The translations under genes and the position numbers were made by a program. Of a DNA stretch of 64,000 nt, positions 9,458 through 19,175 are shown in pieces. The notes under the pieces were generated by a model. The model saw only the letters and a program-made list of their open reading frames with translations. It did not search any database and was not told where the DNA came from. The stretch comes from Methanothrix sp. (GTDB lineage Archaea > Halobacteriota > Methanosarcinia > Methanotrichales > Methanotrichaceae). The stretch's first letter is position 1. The number at the start of each line of letters is the position of its first letter. The stretch covers positions 1-64,000 of the forward strand of contig JBAXWY010000002.1 in assembly GCA_037128175.1 (NCBI GenBank). Direction: 5' to 3'.

Positions 9458-10513
9458 TTAGGAGGCCTTCTTCTGTTTCTTTCGGTACATGTATCCCCCG
9501 GCTGCTATTAAGATGATGAGAACAATCCCTGCGGGCAAGAGCAGCGATGTGGGGGCGGCCTTGACAACAACTGGTATCTTCATGCTCTCAGAGATGACGG
9601 TGTCGCCGTTTAGGTCGGTATACTTGATCTCGCTGTTAATTGCGTAGTCCTTGGGCGTAGCATCGGAGTCCACATCCAGCCGGAAGACCACTGTTTTCTC
9701 CTCTCCGGGCAGCAATGTGCCGATGAAAGCCTGATCGTCAGTAGATGAGAAGGGCTTGAAGATGGACAGCCTTGCCACTGCATCCTTGATGGGGTCTTCA
9801 CCGATATTCTTGTAGGTGGCGGAAACTGGCGCCTTCTTGGTTCCGGCAGAGAGTTCTCCGGAATTGTTGAGGATCTCAAAGTCTGCCTGCTTCTTGACGG
9901 TAATGGTTATGGGCAGCGTCTGGTTGGCCTTCTGGTAGATGTAGGATTCTCGGAAATTTGCCAGAGCCGGAGAGCTTCCGCTGGTGACAAGAGTCGAGGC
10001 ATAAACCCGAACATTGTCCTGATAGTCGTAAGAGATATTCAGATGGAGCGGATATTTTCCGGCAGGAGCGTGCTCCCCTATCTTCAGGGTGAACTTCAAG
10101 GGTGCTTGGGTCTTGTCCCCCGATTTAAGGGACTGGACAACCTGGTCGCCGGACTTTATATTGATCTGCTGGCCTTCCGAGCTGAGGCTGGCGGTGATCC
10201 CCAAAGCTGTAGGCTTCTTATACTCCTCTTGCAATTCTGCCGCAGCTAGCGCGAACTCTTTGGGGTTTTGCGGTGTCAGATCCTCCTTGAAGCCGAGGAT
10301 CCTTCCGTAGTTGGTCAGATCCAAATACAGCGTAACGGTATCTCCGCGCTCGAACTCATTAGTTCCGGAAACACTGGCTGAGATATCCGGACTACCGTAC
10401 ATGGTATAGTAATTGTCTCCTCCTAGTTCATAGGGTATGTAGGTGTTCTGGGCCTGACCCGTAGCCAGGAGTGTCAACATGATAACCAACGCTATGGCAA
10501 ATTTAATTTCCAT
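9458..10513 (-). CDS. COG1361-type S-layer/Ig-domain protein, partner of the RND exporter
   Basis: Signal peptide, N.G...L..G...F...G.Y repeats, C-terminal TM plus basic tail; overlaps the RND gene. Confidence 0.75.
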   Translation of the reverse strand: MEIKFAIALVIMLTLLATGQAQNTYIPYELGGDNYYTMYGSPDISASVSGTNEFERGDTVTLYLDLTNYGRILGFKEDLTPQNPKEFALAAAELQEEYKKPTALGITASLSSEGQQINIKSGDQVVQSLKSGDKTQAPLKFTLKIGEHAPAGKYPLHLNISYDYQDNVRVYASTLVTSGSSPALANFRESYIYQKANQTLPITITVKKQADFEILNNSGELSAGTKKAPVSATYKNIGEDPIKDAVARLSIFKPFSSTDDQAFIGTLLPGEEKTVVFRLDVDSDATPKDYAINSEIKYTDLNGDTVISESMKIPVVVKAAPTSLLLPAGIVLIILIAAGGYMYRKKQKKAS

Positions 10514-12830
10514 TGATTTTTCTCCTCGATTGATTATTGATTAGCGCTATAGCTTTTTTAAGATCCTGTTTAGCATTCTCAAATACTTCACGTTGAATTT
10601 CCATGCGAATCGCTAAGACAACGAATACTGTGAATGTGGTGATGAGGGCGAGGACTACCGACATCACAGTCACCACCCCGAAGTTGCTGATGATGTTGAA
10701 GGGCGATGCGATCAGAGCGGCAAAACCAAAGATCACAGTCATTCCCGACGCCATCAGGGCCGAACCTATACGGTTGGCAGTGATCTTCATTGCCTCATAG
10801 GGATCGCCGACATTGCCTAGCTCCTCATAGAAGCGTTCCATCATCAGTATGGCATACTCCGAGCCGACTCCCAGGACCAGAGCGCCTAACGTGGCCGTGA
10901 GGGGGGTGTACTTCAGGCCGCCATAGTACATGACCAGGCCCATCCAGCCTATCACTACGAGCATGGGCAGCACAGGCAACAAGGCCTTGGTGAGATCTCT
11001 GTATATTATCAGGAGCAGGATGAATATCAGGACTAAGCCGAGCAGCGACATCTCCACTCTGCCTGATGTCAGAGCAGTCATGACCGTGGTCATAAGCACC
11101 GACTGGCCAGTTATCCTGACTGAAATCCCAGGAGGCGGGGTATTCCAGGCCAGGTCATCTTCGTACGACGCGATCAGTCGTGACATGCCCTCCGTTCCCA
11201 GATTGCTCTGGACGTCGCCAATATTTACATTAACAACTGCTAGGTTATGGCCGCTCAAGTAAGCATTGGTTACGGATGAGGGCAGAGCGGCAATTATCTC
11301 CCTTATTCTCGTTTTATCATCCGGCAGCTCTCCACCATTGGCTGCTTTGACATAGGTGGCGATGCTTGTAGTTCTTTCCGTCCGGTCTTCTCTGGCTGTC
11401 AACAGGTAGCTTTCGAAATCATCTATCCACCTGAGATTTTGCGGGTCCGTAACATCGTCAGCCTGAACTAGGAAATTAATTGAGTCCGTCCCGCCATAGA
11501 CGTTTTTCATATGTTTCAGATCAATCAGAGGGGCCAGGTCCTGGGGAATGAAATTCTTAGAATCCGTCTCTATGGGGACCAGTGTGTCGGCATAATTTCC
11601 TGCCAGGGCCAATAGCAGAGCCACGACCAGCACTGCCTTCCATCTTTCGATACTGTATGTTGCCGTCTTCTGAACGATTGCCCCAAATGATGAGCCTTCC
11701 TCAGAATGGCCTTGTGTCTTCTTCTTTCTGGGGGATCTTTTTTCAGACTGATAAAGGATTGTCACGTTCACAAAGAGGGCGGAGAGGTAGCACATGATAA
11801 GGCCGATGATGCAGATCTTTCCGAAATCGTTGATCATGGGCACAGCGGAGCTGAGAAGCGAGACAAAGCCTGCAATGGTTACAGTCAGAGCGATTATTAC
11901 AGGAAAGGCCACATGGTTTATGGTATTGATGGCCGCTTCCAGAATGGGTTCTCCTTTGCTTAATTCTTCATCTATCCGGTTGTGGAATTGTATGGCATAG
12001 TCTATGCCTATTCCTATCATAATGGGAAACGCGGCAAATGTGACCATGCTCATTTTTATATGGAATAGACCCATGGCCCCGAAGGTCCAGATTATGCCCA
12101 GTAAGACCACGGGTATGGGGAGGAGAGACCATCTGACATGCCTGAAGAACAAAAGCAGGGCTACAACCATCAGCACTCCACACAGGGCAAGGATCGAGCC
12201 GTTGCTACTGTTCATCAGCCCCGTAATTGATGCCTGGAAAGATGGGTCGCCCGTGACGATGGTGCTATACCCCGCAGGATATTTTGCGAAATCGACTGCA
12301 TTATTTATTTCCAGGAGGAGCTTGCTTCGTTGTGCCTCAGAAAGGATGCCCGAAGTAGGCATCCCCACAATCATTCTGGAATGTTTGCGGTCAGGCATTA
12401 GGCCCTGGACACTTGTGCCCGCGCTGGCCAGGATCTCGTCTATCCTCTCCTGAGAGGGGATACGGCGAATGCCGCTTGTCTCATATTCCGCATCGGCTAC
12501 GACGTCGGCTATGCTCGATACACCAGTAACATGTTCAACCTTCTTCATGTGATCGGATAGACGCAGGCCGGCCGAAAGAACTTCAGCTTTTGCCACATCG
12601 TCGCCCTCTATCATTATCATATTGCCATCAGAGCCGAAGTTTTCCTGGTAGAGATGATCATATAACTGATAGAGTGCCGAATCTTTTGACACAAAGGTCT
12701 CTGTAGTCATGCCCTGGCTCTCTATATATTGAGCGTAGTGAAAAGAGCCCAGAGTCATGAGGACTGCTATGGCTATGATTATTACAGGATTCCTGGTGAT
12801 CCACACCCCGAGTCGTTCCATGCCGATCAT
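10503..12830 (-). CDS. RND/MMPL (HAE3) family transporter
   Basis: Two halves each with a large external loop; GIGIDYAIQF and GVGSEYAI motifs. Confidence 0.9.
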   Translation of the reverse strand: MIGMERLGVWITRNPVIIIAIAVLMTLGSFHYAQYIESQGMTTETFVSKDSALYQLYDHLYQENFGSDGNMIMIEGDDVAKAEVLSAGLRLSDHMKKVEHVTGVSSIADVVADAEYETSGIRRIPSQERIDEILASAGTSVQGLMPDRKHSRMIVGMPTSGILSEAQRSKLLLEINNAVDFAKYPAGYSTIVTGDPSFQASITGLMNSSNGSILALCGVLMVVALLLFFRHVRWSLLPIPVVLLGIIWTFGAMGLFHIKMSMVTFAAFPIMIGIGIDYAIQFHNRIDEELSKGEPILEAAINTINHVAFPVIIALTVTIAGFVSLLSSAVPMINDFGKICIIGLIMCYLSALFVNVTILYQSEKRSPRKKKTQGHSEEGSSFGAIVQKTATYSIERWKAVLVVALLLALAGNYADTLVPIETDSKNFIPQDLAPLIDLKHMKNVYGGTDSINFLVQADDVTDPQNLRWIDDFESYLLTAREDRTERTTSIATYVKAANGGELPDDKTRIREIIAALPSSVTNAYLSGHNLAVVNVNIGDVQSNLGTEGMSRLIASYEDDLAWNTPPPGISVRITGQSVLMTTVMTALTSGRVEMSLLGLVLIFILLLIIYRDLTKALLPVLPMLVVIGWMGLVMYYGGLKYTPLTATLGALVLGVGSEYAILMMERFYEELGNVGDPYEAMKITANRIGSALMASGMTVIFGFAALIASPFNIISNFGVVTVMSVVLALITTFTVFVVLAIRMEIQREVFENAKQDLKKAIALINNQSRRKINGN

Positions 12831-12844
12831 GCCAATAAACCTTC

Positions 12845-12873
12845 TATTCGGATTTTGCCGAACACACCGAATA
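12845..12873. promoter_or_regulatory. Possible operator (ttcgg-N6-ccgaa; tattcgg...ccgaata) in the divergent promoter
   Basis: Inverted repeats between the RND gene and a GbsR-like regulator. Confidence 0.35.
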
Positions 12874-12927
12874 AACGCAAAATACTTAAACTTTGTGATT
12901 GATCAGATCAATGTGAACGATGAAGAA

Positions 12928-13458
12928 ATGCTGGAGCTAAAAAGACCCATCATTGACGCATGCATCAAATCTGCAAAAAAAATTGGGTGGAGCGATGCAA
13001 TGGGAATACTACGAGGCACTCTCTTCCTGGAAGGCGAACCCATGTCCATTGATGCTCTGGCTGAGAAGACCGGCTACAGCAAAACGACAGTACGCACTAA
13101 TATGAGCTACCTGGAAAATATCGGCATGGTGCGACGCGTGGTAGGTCCGGTTAGCAAGCCGCATCGCAATAAGCAGCATCGCTATGCTCTGGAGACTGAC
13201 ACGGAAGCAAGGAGACCGGTGGTTCTGTCTGCTGCGAAGGAGGAAGTACATTCGGTCTTGCAGGCTCTCAATCAAATCGAGAAAAATCTAGAGGGCCATA
13301 ATCTAGAAGCTGAAAAAATGAGCGCGATAATGGCCAAAACGAGACAATTTTATGAAGAAATGGACAGAATCTTGCAACTTATGGACCATTATACTCTGAA
13401 AGAGCTCATTGAGCTTTTAGAGAGCAAGAAAAACGGAATGGCTAATCCGATATTATGA
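12928..13458 (+). CDS. GbsR/MarR-family transcriptional regulator
   Basis: G.SDAMG.L.G.LFL..EPMSID.LAE.TGYSKTTV.TNM..LE..GMV.R; start uncertain (12913 or 12928). Confidence 0.85.
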   Translation: MLELKRPIIDACIKSAKKIGWSDAMGILRGTLFLEGEPMSIDALAEKTGYSKTTVRTNMSYLENIGMVRRVVGPVSKPHRNKQHRYALETDTEARRPVVLSAAKEEVHSVLQALNQIEKNLEGHNLEAEKMSAIMAKTRQFYEEMDRILQLMDHYTLKELIELLESKKNGMANPIL

Positions 13459-14066
13459 CGAACCGCGCTAAAGAGCTTGAGGCGGCAGCAAAGGACATTA
13501 ACCTCGAATCCCTGCAAGCGGCAAAGGATGCCGTCGCCGCTTCCTGCGCTGAGTACGTTCGCTGGGCTGACCTTTTCTCCCGCCGCCTGGAGAGCGTCGA
13601 TCCTGGCGAGCTGCACAAGTTCGCCCGCGCCTTCAGCCTCACTTTGCTCGGCCACCTGCCCACCCGGCCCGGCACCTGCCCCTTTTGCATCCAGTACGAC
13701 CGAGATCGAGCCTGCACCGGCTGCGGCTACGCGGCCACGCACGGACGCTGCGATGCCGACGATTCAGCTTTCAGCCTTTTTATCGAGGCCTTCCAGGAGC
13801 TGGGGCGGGCGATATATCAGGATACGGGCAAGCTATGCTGCTCACCCCATGACGCCCGAATGCATCTCAATTTATCCATCAAGGTCTCCCGCGACCTGGC
13901 CATGCGACTGCAAGAGGATCTTCCACCAGCTGGAGCTGAGCAGCTTATGGAACTGAAGGCCGCATATCTCGATGCAATGATCCGGCTTCTTCCCGGACTG
14001 CTCTTAGGTGAAGAGGTTCAGGAAAAATGCCTTCTGGTGAGAAGGATGCTTTTGAATTACTGGTGA
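13455..14066 (+). CDS. Hypothetical Cys-rich (putative metal-binding) protein
   Basis: CPFC-x7-C-x2-C-x5-HG-x-C cluster; ATGA overlap with the regulator. Confidence 0.7.
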   Translation: MTNRAKELEAAAKDINLESLQAAKDAVAASCAEYVRWADLFSRRLESVDPGELHKFARAFSLTLLGHLPTRPGTCPFCIQYDRDRACTGCGYAATHGRCDADDSAFSLFIEAFQELGRAIYQDTGKLCCSPHDARMHLNLSIKVSRDLAMRLQEDLPPAGAEQLMELKAAYLDAMIRLLPGLLLGEEVQEKCLLVRRMLLNYW

Positions 14067-14078
14067 AGCAAAGGTTAA

Positions 14079-15500
14079 TTGATGACGATGCCAACAAGTC
14101 CCAGGATGCAGACCTGCACAAGCTCGGATATCAGAAGATGCGCTCTGGTCATCGCCACACTCACCTCCTTCCTGCCCCCCTTCATGGCCTCTTCCATCAA
14201 CATTGCTCTCCCCGCCATTGGAGCCGAGTTCTCCATGGATGCCATCCTTTTAGGCTGGATCGCCACCAGCTATCTGCTCTCTGCTGCCGTCTTCATGGTG
14301 CCCTTCGGAAAGATCGCTGATATCTACGGCATGAAGAAGGTCTTTTTCATTGGTCTTTTCATATTCACGGCATCATCCCTGGTTGCCTTCTTTGCCCCCA
14401 CTTCCTCGATCCTTATCGGCTCAAGGATTCTGCAGGGCATCGGCAGTGCCATGATCTTCGGCACGGGAACGGCCATTTTAGTCAGCGTATTCCCGGTGCA
14501 GGAGCGGGGCAAGATTTTAGGAATCAATGCCGCCTCCGTCTACCTGGGACTCTCCCTGGGGCCGTTCCTGGGGGGCCTGCTCACTGAGTATTTTGGCTGG
14601 AGAAGCCTCTTTCTGATCAACGTCCCCCTGGGACTCATTCCGCTGGCCCTGGGGATGTGGAAGCTGAAAGGCGAGTGGGCCGGAGCCAGGGAGGACAGAT
14701 TCGACCTTACGGGATCGGCAATCTACAGCCTGATGCTTGTGGCGGTTATGTTCGGCTTTTCCCTTCTTCCCGCCTGGCAGGGGGCAGCGTTGGTCCTGGT
14801 GGGAGTGGCGACCTTTTTCCTGTTTATTCGCTGGGAGTCGGGGGTGGCCTGTCCGGTGCTGGATGTGCGCCTCTTCAAAAATAACCGGGTCTACGCCTAC
14901 TCCAATCTGGCGGCGCTCATCAGCTACAGCGCCACCTTTGCCATAACCTTCCTCTTGAGCCTCTATCTGCAGTACATCAAGGGGCTGGCGCCCGATCAGG
15001 CCGGGCTGATTATGCTGGCCCAGCCGGCCATGATGGCCATTTTTTCCCCATTTACGGGAAGGCTCTCCGACAAAATGGAGCCGCGCCTGGTGGCCACCGC
15101 CGGAATGGCTCTCACATTTGTGGCCGTCTTGGCATTCGTCTTTTTAAGTGCAGAGACAAGCCTCATTTTCATAGTGGCCTGCCTCATCACTCTGGGCCTG
15201 GGTCTGGCATTATTCACTTCGCCCAACACCAACGCCATCATGTCCTCCGTGGAGCCGCGCTGCTATGGCGTAGGGTCGGCTACTCTTGGAACCATGCGTT
15301 TGGTGGGGCAGGTCGCCAGCATGAGCTTTGTCATGATGGTCTTCTCGCTGTATCTGGGAAAGGTGGAGATCACGCCCCAGTACTATCCCCTGTTCCTTTC
15401 AAGCGTGAAGGTGGCCTTTGCCGTCTTTTCTGCTCTATGCATCCTGGGGATTTTTGCCTCCCTGGCGAGAGGGAAATTAAGAAAAGGAGAACAGGGATAA
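14079..15500 (+). CDS. MFS transporter, DHA2 (EmrB/QacA-like)
   Basis: About 14 TM helices; GKIADIYGMKK, ERGKILG, GPFLGGLL..YFGWRSLF. Confidence 0.92.
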   Translation: MMTMPTSPRMQTCTSSDIRRCALVIATLTSFLPPFMASSINIALPAIGAEFSMDAILLGWIATSYLLSAAVFMVPFGKIADIYGMKKVFFIGLFIFTASSLVAFFAPTSSILIGSRILQGIGSAMIFGTGTAILVSVFPVQERGKILGINAASVYLGLSLGPFLGGLLTEYFGWRSLFLINVPLGLIPLALGMWKLKGEWAGAREDRFDLTGSAIYSLMLVAVMFGFSLLPAWQGAALVLVGVATFFLFIRWESGVACPVLDVRLFKNNRVYAYSNLAALISYSATFAITFLLSLYLQYIKGLAPDQAGLIMLAQPAMMAIFSPFTGRLSDKMEPRLVATAGMALTFVAVLAFVFLSAETSLIFIVACLITLGLGLALFTSPNTNAIMSSVEPRCYGVGSATLGTMRLVGQVASMSFVMMVFSLYLGKVEITPQYYPLFLSSVKVAFAVFSALCILGIFASLARGKLRKGEQG

Positions 15501-15547
15501 GAATAAGAACTGGGATCAGAGAGAAAGCAGTAAAATGAAAATGGCCC

Positions 15548-16642
15548 TCAGTTCAAATGTTGCCGGAGCACATCCTGATAAAGCCTTTTTACGTTCTCCT
15601 CTGTCTTGGCCATCTTTGGAAATCCCCGGTACTGCATGGCCTCTTCCACGTCCTCGGCCAGCCGCAGCTTGTACTGGCTCTTAGATAAAAACCATCCCTG
15701 CCTGGCGTAGTAGCGGGAGAGGTACTCCTGCTCCGTCTGGCCGGGGGTGGGCGTGAAGAGCCCGTGCTTCTTGTCCAGCTCCGCCAGTTCCATCATAGTA
15801 GTATAGCCGGACCTGGTAATGATGAAGCGGGCCCGGTTCATGAGCACTGCTTTCTCCTCTGTGGAGACGTAGGAGTGCATCGTGGTGTGAGCGTCCACCT
15901 TTTGATGCAGGTCCTTTTGCGGGCTACCCAGGAGTACTACCTTCTCGCCTGGCAGCTTTTGCACCTGCTTCATGACGATCTCCTCCAGCCTGGTTCTCTG
16001 CGGCTCGGGACCGGATACGATGGCCAGATAGTCCAGATCCTCGGCTACCGCCATTTTTTTGGTGCTGGTCAAAATTCCGGCGTAGTAGACCTTTCGCTTC
16101 GTGACGTTCAGATTGGTTCGACAGAGCTTGCCGCTCAAATTTTTGCTTTTGCCCTGGGGATCGATATCCGGCACAATCACGCCCTGGAATTTGCTGTGAA
16201 AAAAGCTGTTGAAGGGAATGGTCATCAGTTCTAAAGGATAGAGATAGCCGGGCATGCTATAGCGCAGTTGATGAGAGATGAAGTAGCTGGGAATCAACGA
16301 ACTGTAGACACACATGCGGTTGTCGCTGATAATCAAGTCGAATTTATTTTCAGCCAGTATTTGCTCCAGCCTTTTTCTTTCAACCGCAAAAGCCCGCAGT
16401 AGGGCGGGAATGCCTGCGATAAATGAAGGCAGGAAAAATCGAGAGTCGCTGTAGGGTGCCGGATAATCCTTAAAGGTGATGAAGTTGCACTCCGGGCATT
16501 CTCTCTGCAAGAGGGTCAGGGCATTGCCGCTCGTACCTATGGTCACTTCATGCCCCTGGCGCAAAAGCTCCTCGATGATGGGAATATCTCTTGTGGAGTG
16601 GCCCAGACCCCAATTTAGAGGACTTACAAATACATGTCCCAT
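15548..16642 (-). CDS. GT-B glycosyltransferase (GT28-like)
   Basis: WGLGHSTR, IISDNR, ITRSGYTTMME, PTPGQTEQ. Confidence 0.85.
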   Translation of the reverse strand: MGHVFVSPLNWGLGHSTRDIPIIEELLRQGHEVTIGTSGNALTLLQRECPECNFITFKDYPAPYSDSRFFLPSFIAGIPALLRAFAVERKRLEQILAENKFDLIISDNRMCVYSSLIPSYFISHQLRYSMPGYLYPLELMTIPFNSFFHSKFQGVIVPDIDPQGKSKNLSGKLCRTNLNVTKRKVYYAGILTSTKKMAVAEDLDYLAIVSGPEPQRTRLEEIVMKQVQKLPGEKVVLLGSPQKDLHQKVDAHTTMHSYVSTEEKAVLMNRARFIITRSGYTTMMELAELDKKHGLFTPTPGQTEQEYLSRYYARQGWFLSKSQYKLRLAEDVEEAMQYRGFPKMAKTEENVKRLYQDVLRQHLN

Positions 16643-16759
16643 GAAAGAGGACTGTGCTGCCTGACAGTATAAATCATTTTCTTGGATAAAATAACGTTAA
16701 ATAGTTTCAGGCGGATTCGCTCCTGGTTTGTGCTCAGAAATCATTATAGAGGTACTGAT

Positions 16760-18607
16760 ATGGCAAAGGATGTTCGTGATAGATCCATAGATCCCGCCAG
16801 CCGGGAAATGCTCGATGTATGCCAGAGAGCCGGTCTGGAGACGGCCTGGGATCGCTTGGAAAAACAGCAGCCACAATGCGGCTTTGGCGAGCTGGGGCTG
16901 TGCTGTCGAAACTGCAATATGGGACCCTGCCGCATAGATCCCTTCGGGGAAGGTGCCAGCAAGGGTGTCTGCGGAGCGACCGCCGACATAATCGTTGCCC
17001 GCAATTTTCTGCGCAGCATCGCCGCAGGAGCTGCCGCCCACTCCGATCATGCTCGCGACGTGGCCCAAACCTTCCGGGCCGTAGTTATGGGCAAGGCTCC
17101 TTCTTACAGCATCAAAGACCAGGCCAAGCTGGAGCGCCTCATGCTGGAGTATGGCGTGGAAACCGAGATCGCTCTGGCAGACGCCATTATGGCACAGTTC
17201 GGCCAACAGGATGGGAGCCTCCAGTTCACCAGCCGGGTTCCTGCCAAGCGGCTAGAGCTATGGAAGAAACTGGGCATTGAGCCGCGCGGCATTGACCGGG
17301 AGATCGTGGAGTGCATGCATCGTACTCACATGGGCGTGGACAACGACTATGTGAGCCTGATACTGCAGGGGCTACGCACTGGTCTGGCCGACGGCTGGGG
17401 CGGCTCCATGATCGCTACCGAGCTGCAGGACGTACTTTTCGGAACACCCACGCCCACATTCTCCGAGGCCAACCTGGGTGTCCTGGAGACAAACCAGGTC
17501 AACATCATTGTGCATGGTCATGAGCCTCTTTTGTCGGAGATGATTGTGGCGGCGGCGGTAGATCCAAAGATGGTGGAGCTGGCCAAAAAGCAAGGCGCAG
17601 TGGGCATCAACGTGGCTGGAATGTGCTGCACAGGAAACGAGATACTCATGCGCCACGGCGTGCCGGCGGCCGGAAACTTCCTGCAGCAAGAGCTGGCCGT
17701 GGCCACAGGAGCCGTGGATGCCATGGTTGTGGATGTGCAGTGCATCATGCCCGCGCTGGGCGCGCTCGCCGGCTGTTTCCATACCAAGTTCATCTCCACC
17801 TCTCCCAAGGCCAAGTTCCCGGGCGCGGTGCACATGGAATTTCAGGAACAGACTGCACTTGAAACGGCCAATGCCATTGTCTCGGCGGCTGTGCTCAACT
17901 ACAAGAACAGAAATCCTGCCAAGGTTCACATCCCCAATGAAAAGTCCAAATGTATGGTGGGCTTCTCAGTAGAAACGATTGTCGGCGCCCTCGGTGGAAC
18001 TTTAGATCCGCTGATCGGGGCCATCAAGAGCGGCGCTGTGCGAGGCATTGGTGCTGTGGTCGGCTGCAACAACCCCAAGATTGTTCATGATTACGGCCAC
18101 ATCAACATGGTAAAAGAGCTCATTAAGAACAATGTGCTGGTACTCACCACGGGCTGCAATGCCCAGGCCTGTGCCAAGGCCGGCCTGCTCCTTCCCGAAG
18201 CGGCAGACCTGGCTGGAGAGGGCTTGCAGGGTGTATGTAAGGCTCTGGGAATTCCGCCCGTGCTGCATATGGGCTCCTGCGTGGATATCAGCCGCATTCT
18301 AGTCGCTGCCGCGGCGCTCGCCAATGCACTGGGCGTGGACATAAGCGACCTGCCCGCGGCCGGCGCCGCTCCGGAATGGATGAGCGAAAAGGCGGTGGCC
18401 ATTGGAGCCTATGTGGTGGGCTCGGGAGTGTACACGGTGCTGGGCACGGTGCCCCCCGTCCTGGGAAGTTCTGCCGTAGCCGGACTGCTCACCGCAGGCG
18501 CTAAGGACGTGGTGGGTGCATGCTTTGCGGTGGAGCCCGATCCATTCAAGGCGGCAAAGCTTATGATCGATCACATCGACAGCCAGCGCAAAAAGCTGGG
18601 GCTGTGA
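16760..18607 (+). CDS. cooS: Monofunctional Ni-Fe carbon monoxide dehydrogenase catalytic subunit
   Basis: QCGFG..GLCCRNCNMGPC, HGHEP, GMCCTGNE, DVQC, GCNN, TGC, GSCVD, WMSEKA; GAGGT before ATG 16760. Confidence 0.95.
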   Translation: MAKDVRDRSIDPASREMLDVCQRAGLETAWDRLEKQQPQCGFGELGLCCRNCNMGPCRIDPFGEGASKGVCGATADIIVARNFLRSIAAGAAAHSDHARDVAQTFRAVVMGKAPSYSIKDQAKLERLMLEYGVETEIALADAIMAQFGQQDGSLQFTSRVPAKRLELWKKLGIEPRGIDREIVECMHRTHMGVDNDYVSLILQGLRTGLADGWGGSMIATELQDVLFGTPTPTFSEANLGVLETNQVNIIVHGHEPLLSEMIVAAAVDPKMVELAKKQGAVGINVAGMCCTGNEILMRHGVPAAGNFLQQELAVATGAVDAMVVDVQCIMPALGALAGCFHTKFISTSPKAKFPGAVHMEFQEQTALETANAIVSAAVLNYKNRNPAKVHIPNEKSKCMVGFSVETIVGALGGTLDPLIGAIKSGAVRGIGAVVGCNNPKIVHDYGHINMVKELIKNNVLVLTTGCNAQACAKAGLLLPEAADLAGEGLQGVCKALGIPPVLHMGSCVDISRILVAAAALANALGVDISDLPAAGAAPEWMSEKAVAIGAYVVGSGVYTVLGTVPPVLGSSAVAGLLTAGAKDVVGACFAVEPDPFKAAKLMIDHIDSQRKKLGL

Positions 18608-18618
18608 GGAGCAAAGCC

Positions 18619-19128
18619 ATGAAAGAAGTATTCGTCCGTCTGGATCGGTGTTTAGGCTGCAAGTCCTGCGAGATGGCCTGCGCCGTGGAGCATTCCGCTG
18701 GCAAAAGCCTCATGGCTGCCGTCTCCGAGAAGCCGGGGCCGGTGCGCCGGATCTACGTGGAGATGGCTGAGGGGCAAAAGGTGCCTCTCGTCTGCCGTCA
18801 CTGCGAAGATGCGCCTTGCGTCGCCGTCTGCCGTACCGGTGCCATGCACCAGGACTCGATAACCGGCATCGTCGATCGCAATGAAGAGAATTGTGTGGGC
18901 TGCTGGATGTGTGCCATGGTCTGCCCCTACGGCGTCATTGGCCGGCACACCGAGGTGCGAGTGGCTGTGAAGTGCGACCGCTGCAAGAATCTGGAGGTTC
19001 CGGTATGCGTTGCCGCCTGTCCCACTGGCACCCTCATCTTTGCCACGCAAAGGGAATTCGTGGAGATGATGCGAAAGGAGGCCGCCACCCGGATCGCCCG
19101 CGAGGCAAAGGGCCTGGCTAGGGCCTGA
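18619..19128 (+). CDS. cooF: CooF-like 4x[4Fe-4S] electron-transfer protein
   Basis: CLGCKSCEMAC, CRHCEDAPC...C, CVGCWMCAMVCPYG, KCDRC...CV.ACP; directly after cooS. Confidence 0.88.
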   Translation: MKEVFVRLDRCLGCKSCEMACAVEHSAGKSLMAAVSEKPGPVRRIYVEMAEGQKVPLVCRHCEDAPCVAVCRTGAMHQDSITGIVDRNEENCVGCWMCAMVCPYGVIGRHTEVRVAVKCDRCKNLEVPVCVAACPTGTLIFATQREFVEMMRKEAATRIAREAKGLARA

Positions 19129-19175
19129 ACCCAGGCAAGGCCTGAATTTAAATCAAAGAAGAGGGACAGGGGAAG

